From the NCBI RefSeq assembly GCF_039654945.1, contig NW_027361671.1, forward strand, positions 14,632,001 through 14,696,000: DNA of 64,000 nt, written 5' to 3'. Position 1 is the first letter of the stretch. Every line of letters begins with the position of its first letter. Positions 12,807 through 24,507 of the stretch are shown here, one piece after another. The notes under the pieces are model-generated. The model saw only the letters and a program-made list of their open reading frames with translations, ran no database searches and was not told the DNA's origin. The position numbers and the translations under genes are program-made. This stretch comes from Dendrobates tinctorius (taxonomy: Eukaryota).

Positions 12807-14340
12807 TTGAGATGGGCGAACTTGTTTGGAAATTGTTTGCCAATCTCAAATTCGGCACGAATGTAGCACATTCGGATTCGTGTTCAGATTCCGGAGCATT
12901 TTTCCTCAAAATCGGTAAAATTCGGTCACAGATAGGTAAATGATCGCATTTCCGCTAATGCTTTTGTTTTGACTTTGATAGTGGTGCTGTATGATGAGCA
13001 GGGAAGACGTGTTTTATGAGGGGAGGAGGTTTGTTTAGGTCAGAGTGGAGGATTGTAAATTTTTTTTAAAAAAATTTCTGTTCTGTAATAACTTTGTGTG
13101 TTGATTCCGACAGCTAATCAGGGCGCAGAAACCATCCACAACGTCATGACAGAAGGTCTTCTGTGATTGGTTGCCGAAGTTACATGTCCCTGTCTATATA
13201 AAAAGCGGACAACTTGTTTTGCTGGTGCCATTTTCTCAGTGTAACAGCACAGAGAGGCTTCTCCTGTTGCTGCTGCTGAAAGTGAGCATATCAGATAGCT
13301 AGATAGGATCCTGTCCTGTGTAAAATCGATCTTCCAGCATCTAACTAAATTGTGCTAAAACTGTGTTGCACTTAGAAGGCCCCATTTGGGCGAAAACTCA
13401 TTTGCATTGTGGAGTCAGGGGGCCCCATTTCCTCATAAAAATTGTTAGGCCTAATATAGGGGTTCAGCCAGAAAGCCCTATTTGCTCATCCAAATCGTTT
13501 GGGATAAAACTGTGTTGCAATGAGGAATCAGGAGGCCCCATTTACCCTTAAAAATCATTAGGCCTAATATTGAGGTTCAGCCAGAAAGCCCTATTTGCTT
13601 ATCCAAATCGTTTGGGATAAAATTGTGTTGCAGTAAGGAATCAGGAACACCTATTTTCTCATAAAAATTGTTAGGCCAAATATTGGGGTTCAGCCAGGAG
13701 GCCCTCTTTGCTAACCCAAGTCTTTGTGATAAAACTGTGTTGAAGTGAGGAATCAGAAGGCCCCATCTGTTCATCAAAATCAATAGGTCTCAGAGTGTTT
13801 TTCAGGCACACTATCTAAGAAAATAAATAGTGATTGTTCATTTAGTGACTGGTGACTAACAGCTGTGGGCCTATGGTTTTGAAACAGCAGTTTGAAAGAG
13901 GGGAAGGGTACATGCAACATGCCTGTGAAAATTGCAATATTTTACATTTTTGTCAAGTTTCTGATATTTTTTATAAATAAACACAAAACATATCGACCTA
14001 AATTTACCATTATCATAAATTACAATGTGCCACGAAAAAACAGTCTCAAAATCACTGGGATTTGTTGAAGCGTCCCAGAGTTATCACCACATAAAGTGAC
14101 ATCGGTCAGAATTTAAAAAATTGGCTTCGTCACTACTGTGGGTCAACTGATGCCACATTTCATGGTGTCTGCCCTTAATTTTAGCTCCTTGGGAATCTTT
14201 TTGTCACCCCTTAAGGTGTATATGTTTGATTTGGCCTTCCATTGAATTTAATGGGGTTTTGATATGCTTGTTGAACTGTTCAGCGAACATTGGGACATTC
14301 GGTGAACCAAACTGAACCTTGGAAGGTTCGCTAATCTCTA
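12807..14340. mobile_element. Non-autonomous hAT-type element
   Basis: Termini TTGAGATGGGCGAAC and GTTCGCTAATCTCTA, the same TIR family as 19296-23820. Degenerate 8-bp TSD TTCCTGAG/TTCCTACT. Confidence 0.6.
13360..13790. repeat. ~113-bp tandem repeat, about 4 copies
   Basis: GGTTCAGCCAGAAAGCCCTATTTGCT-like motif recurs near 13461, 13574 and 13688. Confidence 0.8.
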
Positions 14341-14779
14341 TTCCTACTATCAGTTTCAGGTTTATTTACCCAGTGTACGGTATGGTTCCCAGCAAAAGTA
14401 GTGTAGCTATGGAACACAATAAATAAGGTAGGAGATGTGTGGATTTCCATCAGTAGGGGTAAAAGCAACAGCAGCAGCACAGAATAGAATATAATGGGAA
14501 AGGAAACATCCAGCTGTTTTGGTCAGCACTGATAGCCCTTGCAGCGACAGCAGAACAGTATAAATGTAACATAATGTGCAGGCAGTAGATGTCCAGCTGT
14601 GTGTCAGCATTGGCAATAATGGCAGCAAATTGTATAGAGAAAAACATAACAAGAAGGCAGATGATATACACAGCTGCAGGTGAATGAAAATTACCACTTA
14701 TCTATCACTTATTAATTTTGATAAATGTAAGGTTTTCCGCACTTGTGGAAGACAATCTGGTCCACCTACCATATTGTAG

Positions 14780-15090
14780 GTTGGGAAAGACCCTCGCCAA
14801 CAGTGTCAGTACTTGCCACTAGCCTAATCTGCTGACCCAGAAGTCCATGGTGCCAGAGCTCATTGTATCTGATGGAGAAGGACATAGTCCAAGTATGATT
14901 GCACCTGATTGTTTAACTGGTGGTGTATCTCTGATTGCTGATATGCATCAGATTGTCGTAGTGGCAGATAAAATATAAATACTGTAAGCACTGCTGCCAT
15001 GGCTACCTGTTGTAGACAAAGCACTTGGCCAGACATGCGGTCATCAGGAATCTGCTCAGTGAAGGCTTTGCAGAGCAGGATACACAATAA
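14780..15090 (-). pseudogene. Decayed hAT transposase C-terminal (dimerization) remnant
   Basis: Minus strand reads LNNQVQSYLD...MDFWVSRLG*WQVLTLLA, resembling the hAT dimerization domain. Confidence 0.4.
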
Positions 15091-15292
15091 TGCTCATATT
15101 TTCATTTACCTTTGGAAGCCATAAAAAATGGCCCCATTTTGCTTTTATGCTTCCAAACAGAAATTAGGTGCCATCTCCATATATGACCAACAAATAAAGT
15201 AGCACTCTGTAGCGATATAGAATGCAAACATGAAATATATGAAATTGTAATTGCATTACTGGTCTAGAAAACTGGAAAAATTGAGAATAATC

Positions 15293-15812
15293 ATAATAAT
15301 AATAATAATAATTATTTTTATTTCTATAGCGCCGACATATTCCGAAGCCCTTTACATTTCAGATGGGATTTGTACAGACAATAGACATTACAGCATAACA
15401 ATAATCACATAGATTATAACAAATACCAAGAGGAATGAGGGCCCTGCTCGCAAGCTTACAGTCTATGAGGAAAGAGATAGACACGAAAGGTGGGTGGTAA
15501 CAGTTGCCCAGATTGTATGGACCAGCCATAATGTTAAGTGTGTAACAGTACAGACACAGAGGGCTAATGGATGCATAAAGCATGTGGAACATGATGCGGG
15601 GAACCTGGTTATGGTAAAACTTTTGGCTGTGCCACACAGGGATAGATTAGGTTAATGTGTTGAGGCGATAGGCCAGTCTGAATAAATGCATTTTCAGGGC
15701 ACGCTTAAAATTGTGGGGATTGGGGACTAATCGTAAGTGCATTCCAAAGAATTGGCGCAGCACGTGTAAAGTCTTGGAGACGGGAGTGGGAGGTTCTGAT
15801 TATTGAGGATGC
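15293..15812 (-). mobile_element. L2 LINE 3' end (continues at 18608-19295 and 23829-24507)
   Basis: (ATT)n tail and the L2-type 3' motif TGTAAAG...CGGAATATGTCGGCGCTATA. ORF2 C-terminal residues include FKRALK. Confidence 0.8.
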
Positions 15813-15979
15813 TGTCATGTCTGCCATGTCTGTTTTGTCTCAAGAACTCCTGGAGCGATGTGCCTGCGCATATCTTGTCTGCTATCCTGCTTGTTCCCTA
15901 GAGCAGTGTGCACACTCACCTCATGTCTGCTGAGCTGCAAGATGCCTGCATTTCTGCTTTGCCTTCTGTGATCTTCTAG

Positions 15980-16280
15980 TCATGTCTAGAATCCCTGATC
16001 ATGTGTCCTTCCTAGGATCCTGCACTGTCTGGTTCTGCAATCATCTCGTCATGTCTGAAACCTTGATCATGTGACATTTCCTAAGATCCTGCACTGTCTG
16101 GTTCTGCAATCATCTCGTCATGTCTGAAACTCTGATCATGTGACCTTTCCTAGGATCCTGCCCTGTCTGGTTCTGCAATCATCTCGTCATGTCTGGAATC
16201 CCTGATCATGTGTCCTTCCTAGGATCCTGCACTGTCTGGTTTGGTGATCATCTCGTCATGTCTGAAACCCTGATCATGTG
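15980..16280. repeat. 69-bp tandem repeat, about 4.3 copies
   Basis: CATGTCT unit starts at 15981, 16050, 16119, 16188 and 16257. Confidence 0.9.
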
Positions 16281-16654
16281 ACTGTGCTCTGTGATCCTGG
16301 AGCATCTGAACTAGGAAGTTCTCCCCTGGTCCTGACCCGGAAGAGGAGGTGCTGTGCCCTATATCAGACCACCCATTCCTTTGCTCAGGGCCTGAGTATT
16401 GTGTTGTGTCCCTGCATGGCTACTTGGTCTGTGGGGTGCTCCCCCTATTCTGTGCCCTTGCACCTAGCTCTGTAGTGCATCTCTGCACACGCTCCCTGCT
16501 CGTATTCCGTCTCTTGTCTCGTGTCTTGTCTAGTGTTTGTCCTTCGTGCCATGTTTCGTCTCTGCTTTGCTTTGTCTTGTTGTCCTTGTTTGCTCTGATT
16601 CTGTTCCGTGTTTCTTTCCATGTTTCCTGTCTCGCTTTGCTTTGTGGCTTCAGG

Positions 16655-17345
16655 TACCCTGCCTCTGTACCCTGTCCCTGACGTGTCTCCTTACACGTGC
16701 AGGCCCCCGTCTCTGTGCCCTGTCCCTGATGTGTCTCCTTATACGAGAAGGCCCCTGTCTCTGTACCCTGTCCCTGACGTGTCTCTCTACACGTGCAGGT
16801 CTCCATCTCTGTACCCTGTCCCTGGCGTGTCTCCTACACGTGCAGGCTCCGCTCTGTACCCTGTCTAGTCCCAAGGTTCTCCCTTGGCCCGGCTCTGGGC
16901 TTCGGCCTACGCTCCGCTGCTAGACTCTGTCCCTGGCGTGTCTCTACACGTGCAGGCCTCCGCTCTGAACCTCTCCCTGGCGTGTCTCTACACGTGCAGG
17001 ACTCCGCTCTGAACCTCTCCCTGGTGTGTCTCCTACATGTGCAGGCTCTGCTCTGTATCCTGTCTAGTCCCAAGGTTCTCCCTTGGCCCAGCTCTGGGCT
17101 TCGGCCTACGCTCCACTGCTAGACTCTGTCCCTGTCCCTGGCGTGTCTCTACACGTGCAGGCATCCTCTCTGAACCTCTCCCTGGTGTGTCTCTACACGT
17201 GCAGGGCTCCACTCTGAACCTCTTCCTGGCATGTCTCTACACGTGCAGGCCTCGCTCTGTACCCTGTCTAGTCCCAAGGCCCTGCCTTGGCCTGGCTCTG
17301 GGCTTCGGCCTACGCTCCGCTGCTAGACTGTCCCTGTCCCTGGCA
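16655..17345. repeat. Composite minisatellite (36-39-bp CACGTG units within a ~200-bp higher-order repeat)
   Basis: Repeated CCCTGGCGTGTCTCTACACGTGCAGG. CTGTCTAGTCCCAAGG occurs at 16861, 17060 and 17264. Confidence 0.85.
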
Positions 17346-18607
17346 TGCTCTCTGCATTCACAGGTCTCTGCCTCGTTCTTTGTCTTTTCCCTGATGTTTC
17401 GTGCGCTCTTGCACTTTTTCATACTAGGCTTTGCCGTGCGGTATCGCACGCGTCTCTGTCCTGTACCTTTGCCTAGCCCGGCCTTGTGGCTCCGTGCCTC
17501 TGTGCACATGCCTGGTCACCTGTGCCTGCCTGGTGTGCCTCAGCCGTGCCGCCTCTAGCCATGCTCGCCTGTATTCCTCAGCCGTGCCCCCGTCCAGTGC
17601 TAAAGTGGTTCCCGGCTGTGTGGCCCCGCAGCGGTGTCGCCTCTAGTCGTGCCTGCCTGCAACTGCCATTGTCGGTACCACCTGCCAGTACCCCGGCCGT
17701 GGTCTCCGTGCTCTCTTGCACGCACGCTGGTTCTCGCACTGTGCCTTTTCGTGCTACGCTTGCACAAAGCCTTTTGCCTCTTTTGCTCTGCTCTTAACCC
17801 TAGTTTGCCTGCCGGGTTCCATAACCTGCCGACCGCTGCCAGAGGTCCGGACCTAGATGACTGCGGCCTGATGTCTGGAGCTGATGTCCGTAGCCAGATA
17901 CCTGGACCCTGTCGGTCGATGCTAGTACCTCGGTTTCCGATGCCATTGTACCTGTCCCTGGCGTGCCCTCGCACGCGCAGGCCACCGTCCTTGTGTCTCT
18001 CCCTGGCGTGCCCTTGCACGCGCAAGCCACCATCCTTGTGTCTCTCCCTGGCATGCCCCTTGGCATGCACAGGTCTCACCCTGTGAACCCGAACCTGGCG
18101 TGTCCGTTGACACGCATCATGTCGTTAACCCTGTCTTGTTTCCCTGCATGGAAGCCTGGTTGACTTTCGGATGTCCGGATCCTGATGATTGCCTACAGAG
18201 CTTCAGAACCTGATGTCCCCGTTGATCTTCATTTGCTGTCCGGAGTCTGATGTCATCGTGCCTCCGCCTACCATCTGCACGTACCATGCTTGGACCTGGC
18301 ATGCCCTTGCACGCACCTTGCTATGCTGTCCCTGTTCTGGTTATGTTTGTACCTGATGTTATCCCTGAAGCCTTCCTTAAATGAAGTTTCTTTGAACTAA
18401 CGTCTCGTCTGATTTGTCTTGTTTCCCTGAGCCGGCCATCTGGTCCTGCTGCCGTGGTGTCACACCCCCTTGGTCTTGCCCCTGACACTCCCTGTATAGG
18501 GGGTGGTTCTCACTAGGTTAGCTCGCCCTAGGTGGATGGGTGCCACGGCCCAGAGGGTCCACTCATTCAAAAAAGAAACGACTCAGCGTAAGCTGACGCT
18601 CGTCACA

Positions 18608-19295
18608 CTAACCTCAGGTCATCAGCAGAACGGAGGGCGTGGGTAGGGTGGTATACTGAAACAAGGGAGGAGATGTAGGGTGGTGCTGAGCCATTGAGGG
18701 CTTTGTGGGTGAGTGTAATAAGTTTATACTGAATTCTGGAGTGGATGGGTAGCCAGTGTAATGACTGGCACAGGGTAGAAGCATCGGTGTAACGATTGGT
18801 GAGGAATATGAGCCTGGCTGCAGCGTTCAAGACAGATTGGAGAGGGGAGAGTATGGTAAGAGTGAGACCGATTAAAAGAGAGTTACAATAGTCGAGATGA
18901 GAATGAATAAGAGAAACAGTAAGAGTTTTTGCATAGTCAAAATTAATAAAAGGTCGAATTCTAGAAATGTTTTTGAGGTGCAGATGACAAGAGCGAGCCA
19001 GTGATCGAATGGGGGGGCAAAGGAAAGCTCGGAGTCAAGTATGACCCCAAGACAGCGGGCATGTTGCTGGGGAGTAATAGTGGAACCACACACAGAAATG
19101 TTGGGTATAGGTACATTAGTAGAGGGAGGAAACACAAGGAGTTCAGTCTCAGATATAGTGAGGACATGATGTTAGACACAGCGTTTAGACAATCGCCGGT
19201 GTTTTCTAGAAAAGCTGGCGTGATGTCAGGAGAAGAAGCGTATAATTGGGTGTCATCAGCATAGAGATGGTACTGGAAACCAAATCTACTGATTG
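18608..19295 (-). mobile_element. L2 LINE ORF2 fragment (RT)
   Basis: [37 protein letters not shown] and LHWLPI. Confidence 0.9.
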
Positions 19296-20306
19296 TAGAG
19301 ATGAGCGACTTTGCCTTTTTTTGGGTCGAGTCGGGTTTCACGAAACCCGACTTTCGCAAAAGTCGGGTCGAACGAAATCGGCCGATTATTGTGAAAAGCC
19401 GAAGTCCAACTGAAACACGAAACCCAATGTAAGTCAATGGGGAAGAAAAGTCGGCAGTGAGTGGAGGACAGGAAACCTACCTACAGTGCCCATTTTAATG
19501 CCTAAAACATCAATTCTTATTCCTTAAGCTTGTCAACCTTAATTTACTTTATAATAATAGTTAGGCATTGAAAACTGGGGGTTATTTGGCTAAAGTTGTG
19601 GGAGGGGTAGTGCTGGCTCCAGATTTTCGTGGGCCCAGGGCCAAAGAGTGTCACTGGGCTCCTTTAACACATGACACAATTCATGATCCTTTGATATGGC
19701 AGAGAAATAGCGGTATACTACAATGAAAAATACTTCAATTCTTACATCACATGACTGATATCCATTTTAAATTCTCCAATAGCTCCAAAACCAGACAGTA
19801 TATTCCTCCATACAGTATTATGGCCACCGCATAGTGCGCCATAAAGAGTAATGAGGCCCATATATTTCTCCATACAGAATCATTGGTCCCATATAATGTT
19901 CGATACAGTATATGATGAGCTCCACATAATGCTACAGTATATGTTGTTCACCATGGCTGAAGCTCCAGTGTCTTATGGGCCCAAATAATGCTCCATATAT
20001 AATGGGCCCCATTTCTAATGCTCCAGTGTATAATGGGCCCTGTAACTGCTGCTCCAGTGACTGATGTCCACCTTTGGAATGCTCCAGTGTATGATGGGCC
20101 CCAGATATCATTCTCCAGAGCATCGTGCTCCCCAAAAATTGCTCCAAACCTTTAAAACAATTAAATAAGTCTCCTCGCTAAGGAATCCCTGTACTCTGGA
20201 CTCCTCGTCGTCTCCATCTTCCCTCTCTCTGCACTTGGACTGTTTAGGCAGAGGGCGTACAGACGTGATGTCATCGCGCTCTTTGACCAGAATGTCACTG
20301 TCAGGA

Positions 20307-20736
20307 AAAGTGTTTGGTTTCCAGGGGCAGTATGGTTGCAAAGCTGAACCTTAAAGAAATGTCCAGAAGGGCACCACCAGGAGTGGAGCCTGCAGCTTAA
20401 TTGGACTCAACACGGGCAACCTCAACCATGCCATCCACAAAAAAGCTGCACAGATTGCAAGCTTAATTCCGTTAACGAACGAGACTCAGGCATGCCCCCG
20501 CGGTCCGCGTCCAGCTTACTAGAGGGAAACGCGAGGCTCTGGCATGCGAGATCGGCCAATAACAGGTCTGTCATGCCCTTACATGTCCGGGGCTGCACGC
20601 GTGCTTCAATGAAAGGACCAGCATGTATCGCTTACAGGTGCGGATAACACGCTGAACCCCTTTAGTGATGGGGATCTGGGATTACAATTCTTCCCCGCGA
20701 ACAAGCATTTCCCAGTAAGTCAGTAAGTGCAGGTCA
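20307..20736 (+). pseudogene. Degenerate 18S rRNA fragment (3' half)
   Basis: AGTATGGTTGCAAAGCTGAA, GAAGGGCACCACCAGGAGTGGAGCCTGC, GACTCAACACGGG, TAACGAACGAGACTC, CAATAACAGGTCTGT and CCCAGTAAGT appear in 18S order, with substitutions and deletions. Confidence 0.9.
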
Positions 20737-21739
20737 ACCGTAATTCTGGAATTAGGCCTAAACGGCATTCCAGAAAGAATGTGAAAAAATTATGTGTCCA
20801 AACCACAGGTGCTGTAGGTTGCTTAACAGCTGGGCTCCTCTGCTGAGTAGCACACAGTTCTTACATAAACAGGCGGCATAGCTTGGTTCACGGGTGGCCA
20901 ACTCTGCTGAGTAGCATACACAGTTACTAGGCCCAAAGTATTAAGTGGTATAAATGCAGTCAAAAACTGGTTCTTTCATAAACTGGCGGCATAGCTCGGT
21001 TCACGGGTGGGCTCCTCTTCTGAGTAGCAGACACAGTTACTAGGCCGAAAAGAATTTTCAGGACAATATGTGGTAAAAAATTATTAGAAACACACACGGT
21101 GTAGCTCCTTCACAGGTGTACTACACCGCTGGCTACCAGACACCGCTAGTATGCCCTAAAACTGTCTATTATCATTGAAAACCATTATTAATGTGAAAAA
21201 AAAATACGCTTTTGTTTAACGAAACGTTCTCGAACGGAAACTCGAACAGCCGAATTTTAATCAAAGTGTTGTAGTTCGACGAACAGATCTAACACCGCCC
21301 AAAACAGCTAGAATTTGAACTTGGCCAACAGTTCCACTCAAACACCACTTATCTGTAATCAGGAGGCAGACTCAGACGGTCTCAGGAACAGTATGGATTC
21401 GACAAGATTGCAGAAAGTTGAGAAAGGGTACAGTATCACCTGATAACAGGTATATATAGCATAGTTTAAACATTTAAAATCTCTGTGTTTATTTCCAGAG
21501 TCCGACAAAGACACTCACAGCCTCAGTATGGATTAGACAACAATCTAAAAAGTAGAAAAAAGGAAATGTTTTTGAAGCGTACACCAGTATACACTGTTGG
21601 GGTATTTTTAAATCTTCATATATATTTCTGTCTCAGTAAGACAGTCCAGACTCACCGCAAGAGTACACGAGATGGATAAAAGTACAGACATAAAGTCGAG
21701 TGATTGCAGAAATTTAAGAATTATTAATCACGGGAAAAA

Positions 21740-22250
21740 CTCCCGGGAGAATTCTCAGAGGCGATGCTGACCCTCAATTACTTTGTGTGTGGAGACAGCG
21801 AAAACAGTTCTTTGTGAAGAAAGGGTTGCTGTATCGCAGTACCGTTGATCCTATCACCGTTGATCCCATCACCGTTACTCATCTCCATCAAATTTTGATC
21901 ACAGGGAGAGATGTAGACATGGTCCTCACTGCCTATCATGATCTGTCAGGTAACTTTGGAGTGCAAAAGACAGAAGCCTCAGGCTGTAGGCGATTCTATT
22001 GGATTGGCATAAGAGGACACATTTAAAAATGTTGGCAGGAATGTCACACGTCTGTGAGTAGGAAAACTGTGAAAGCTGATGATAAACCACCACTGCATCT
22101 CATTGTGAGTCGACGTCCATAAGAAATGGAAGCCATTGATCATCTGAAGCTAGAGCCTGGCCAGCAGGACAGGACATAGCTATGTCTTAACCATAATCTA
22201 TCAGTTCACCAAATTTGTAGTGGCAGTCCCAGGGAAGGATTTGAGACTAC
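21740..22250 (+). pseudogene. Gypsy integrase N-terminal (Zn-binding) remnant
   Basis: KKGLLYR...AYHDLSGNFGVQKT...RRFYWIGIRGHI*KCWQEC, followed by an AIDHLKL core start. Confidence 0.7.
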
Positions 22251-22721
22251 ACAGCGGAGGAGCAGGGAGAGGTAAATATTGCAAATGCTGGGGCCCTGCC
22301 CAAGCAAGGGGGGCCCACTCGTACTGGCACTGGGCCCCTCATAGTACGCTGGTGTGTCTGACGGCGGGTGTGCACGCTCACCGTCAGAGACACTTGATTG
22401 CACTATGAGGGACCCTGTGCCAGTGCCGATGCCCAAGAGTCGGCCCACCCACCTGTCCAGGGCAATGGCACTCGCACGGTTGTGTGTGCTAGGTGGTGAC
22501 CCTGGCCATGGGGGGGGCAGCCCAGTTAGGGAGGTTTAAAAAATGGCATATGTTGATGTTGGACATTCAGCAGCTGCAAATGGAGGAATTGGAGAAGTCC
22601 GAGGAAGAGGAGGACAAAAGCGAGCCATTTTTCTGGCAACCTATGTGTCATCAGGGGAAGGTGGGACAAAATCCTTTGAAATTGGCTGGTGTATGACAAG
22701 GTACAAGGTGTATATAGTATT

Positions 22722-23109
22722 GGGGAGAATTTGAATCTCCCTACAGACTCGAGGACACTGAACTATTATCTCAGGCCCAGTGTAGATTACACCTCAATAT
22801 AACAGGCTGAAATTGGATGGTGTATAAAATGTCTGTATAGGACTGGGGAGAATTTGAATCTCCCTACAGACTTGAGGACACTGAACTATTATCTCAGGCC
22901 CAGTGTAGATTACACCTCAATATAACAGGCTGAAATTGGATGGTGTATAAAATGTCTATATAGGACTGGGGAGAATTTGAATCTCCCTACAGACTTGAGG
23001 ACACTGAGCTATTATCTCAGGCCCAGTGTAGATTACACCTCAATATAACAGGCTGAAATTGGATGGTGTATAAAATGTCTATATAGGACTGGGGAGAATT
23101 TGAATCTCC
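22722..23109. repeat. 123-bp tandem repeat, about 3.2 copies
   Basis: GGGGAGAATTTGAATCTCC at 22722, 22845, 22968 and 23091. Confidence 0.92.
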
Positions 23110-23828
23110 ATAGAGATTTTAGCAAGCTGACAATGATGCTCTCAGTCCCAAGTATGGCAGCAGGCAGCCTAATAAGTAGGACTGCTGCACACAAAAGTGT
23201 GGAAAAATGAACGCTTAGTAACTGCTCAAAAAAGAGGATTAAAAGTATTTTTGCTTTTAAAAAAAGCAGTTTGCACAGCAGTGTGAAAACAGCAATGCAG
23301 CTATCAGGGAGCCTTATAAGGCAGCCTAATAACCAACAGAGCTGAATGCACCAAAATATAGCCTCCCCTTGCACTGCACACTAACTGGTTTGTTGTACAG
23401 GCAAAATCGCTAGCAGCAGAAGCAGTTTTTTGCATCTTCTTCCCTGCCTAACGCTCTCCCTACAGAATCAGCAGCAGCAGCAGCTCTCCCTATTCTGAGA
23501 TCAGCAGAAGTAAGATGGCGGTCGGCATGCACGCCCCTTTTATTGCCCCTGTGACGCCACACAAAGCAAGCCAATCACTTGCATGCCCTTCTCAAAGATG
23601 GTGGTGACCGCTGCCTATGTCATCGCGTTGCCCACAGTGTGCGTCCTCCATCATTGGCTGAAAAAGGGCGCTGGAAGCATCTTTTGAAACGCGACTTTGG
23701 CACCATGGTCGCCGACCTCGTGGTCGACCTCACGCTATGGTCGAGTTTCGTTTCATGAAACCCGACTTTTGCGAAAGTTGTCGACTTTTGAAATTGACCT
23801 ACCCGTTTCGCTCAACTCTAACTGATTG

Positions 23829-24507
23829 TTTGACCAATGTGGGCAGTGTACAAGGAGAAGAGGAGGGGGCCTAGAACCGATCATTGAGGAACCCCAACAG
23901 TAAGGGGAAGGTGAGAGGAGGAGGAACCGGCAAAAGATACAGTAAAGGAGCGGTCAGAGAGATAGTAGGAGAACCAGGAGAGAACGGTGTCCTTGAGGCT
24001 AATGGAACGGAGCATAGTGAGGAGGAGCTGATGATCCACAGTGTTGAACGCTGCAGAGAGATCCAAGAGAATTAGCATGAAGTAATGACCATTTGATTTA
24101 GCTGTTAGTAGATCATTAGAGACTTTATTGAGGGCAATTTCAGTAGAGTGTAAAGAGTGGAAACCGGATTGGAGAGGGTCGAGAAGAGAGTTATCAAAGA
24201 GATAGCGGATAAGATGGGAGTGGACCAGGCGTTCCAGGAGTTTAGAGATGAAGGGAAGATTAGAGACAGGTCTATAGTTAGCGGCACAGTTTTGGTCGAG
24301 GGATAGTTTTGTAAGTAGTGGATGTATGATGGCATGCTTAAATGAGGAGGGAAAGATACCAGAAGAGAGAGGTTAAATATTTTAGTTAGGTGAGGGGTGA
24401 CAGCAGGGGAAAGGGACTGGAGGAAATGTGACGGAAATGGGTCACTGATGCAAGTGGTTGGGTGAGAAGATGCAAGGAGCCTGCTTACTTCTTCTTCTGT
24501 GACTGGC
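23829..24507 (-). mobile_element. L2 LINE ORF2 fragment (RT N-part)
   Basis: LILLDLSAAFNTVDH...WFSYYLSDRSF...VGVPQ. Confidence 0.88.

Larger units (their letters stand above)
15813..18607. mobile_element. Non-coding, tandem-repeat-rich LTR-like insertion in the L2
   Basis: TGTCA...GTCACA ends interrupt collinear L2 sequence. Contains a 69-bp array and 36-39-bp arrays. No TSD found. Confidence 0.55.
19296..23820. mobile_element. 4.5-kb non-autonomous hAT element with captured cargo
   Basis: TIRs TAGAGATGAGCGA and TCGCTCAACTCTA. Perfect 8-bp TSD ACTGATTG (19288-19295, 23821-23828). Splits the L2 RT. Confidence 0.9.

Noticed and set aside
15980-17345. CRISPR-like array
   Set aside because: Contiguous tandem units with no unique spacers, in eukaryotic DNA.
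20307-20736. Functional 18S rRNA gene
   Set aside because: Partial, internally deleted and mutated at conserved positions.
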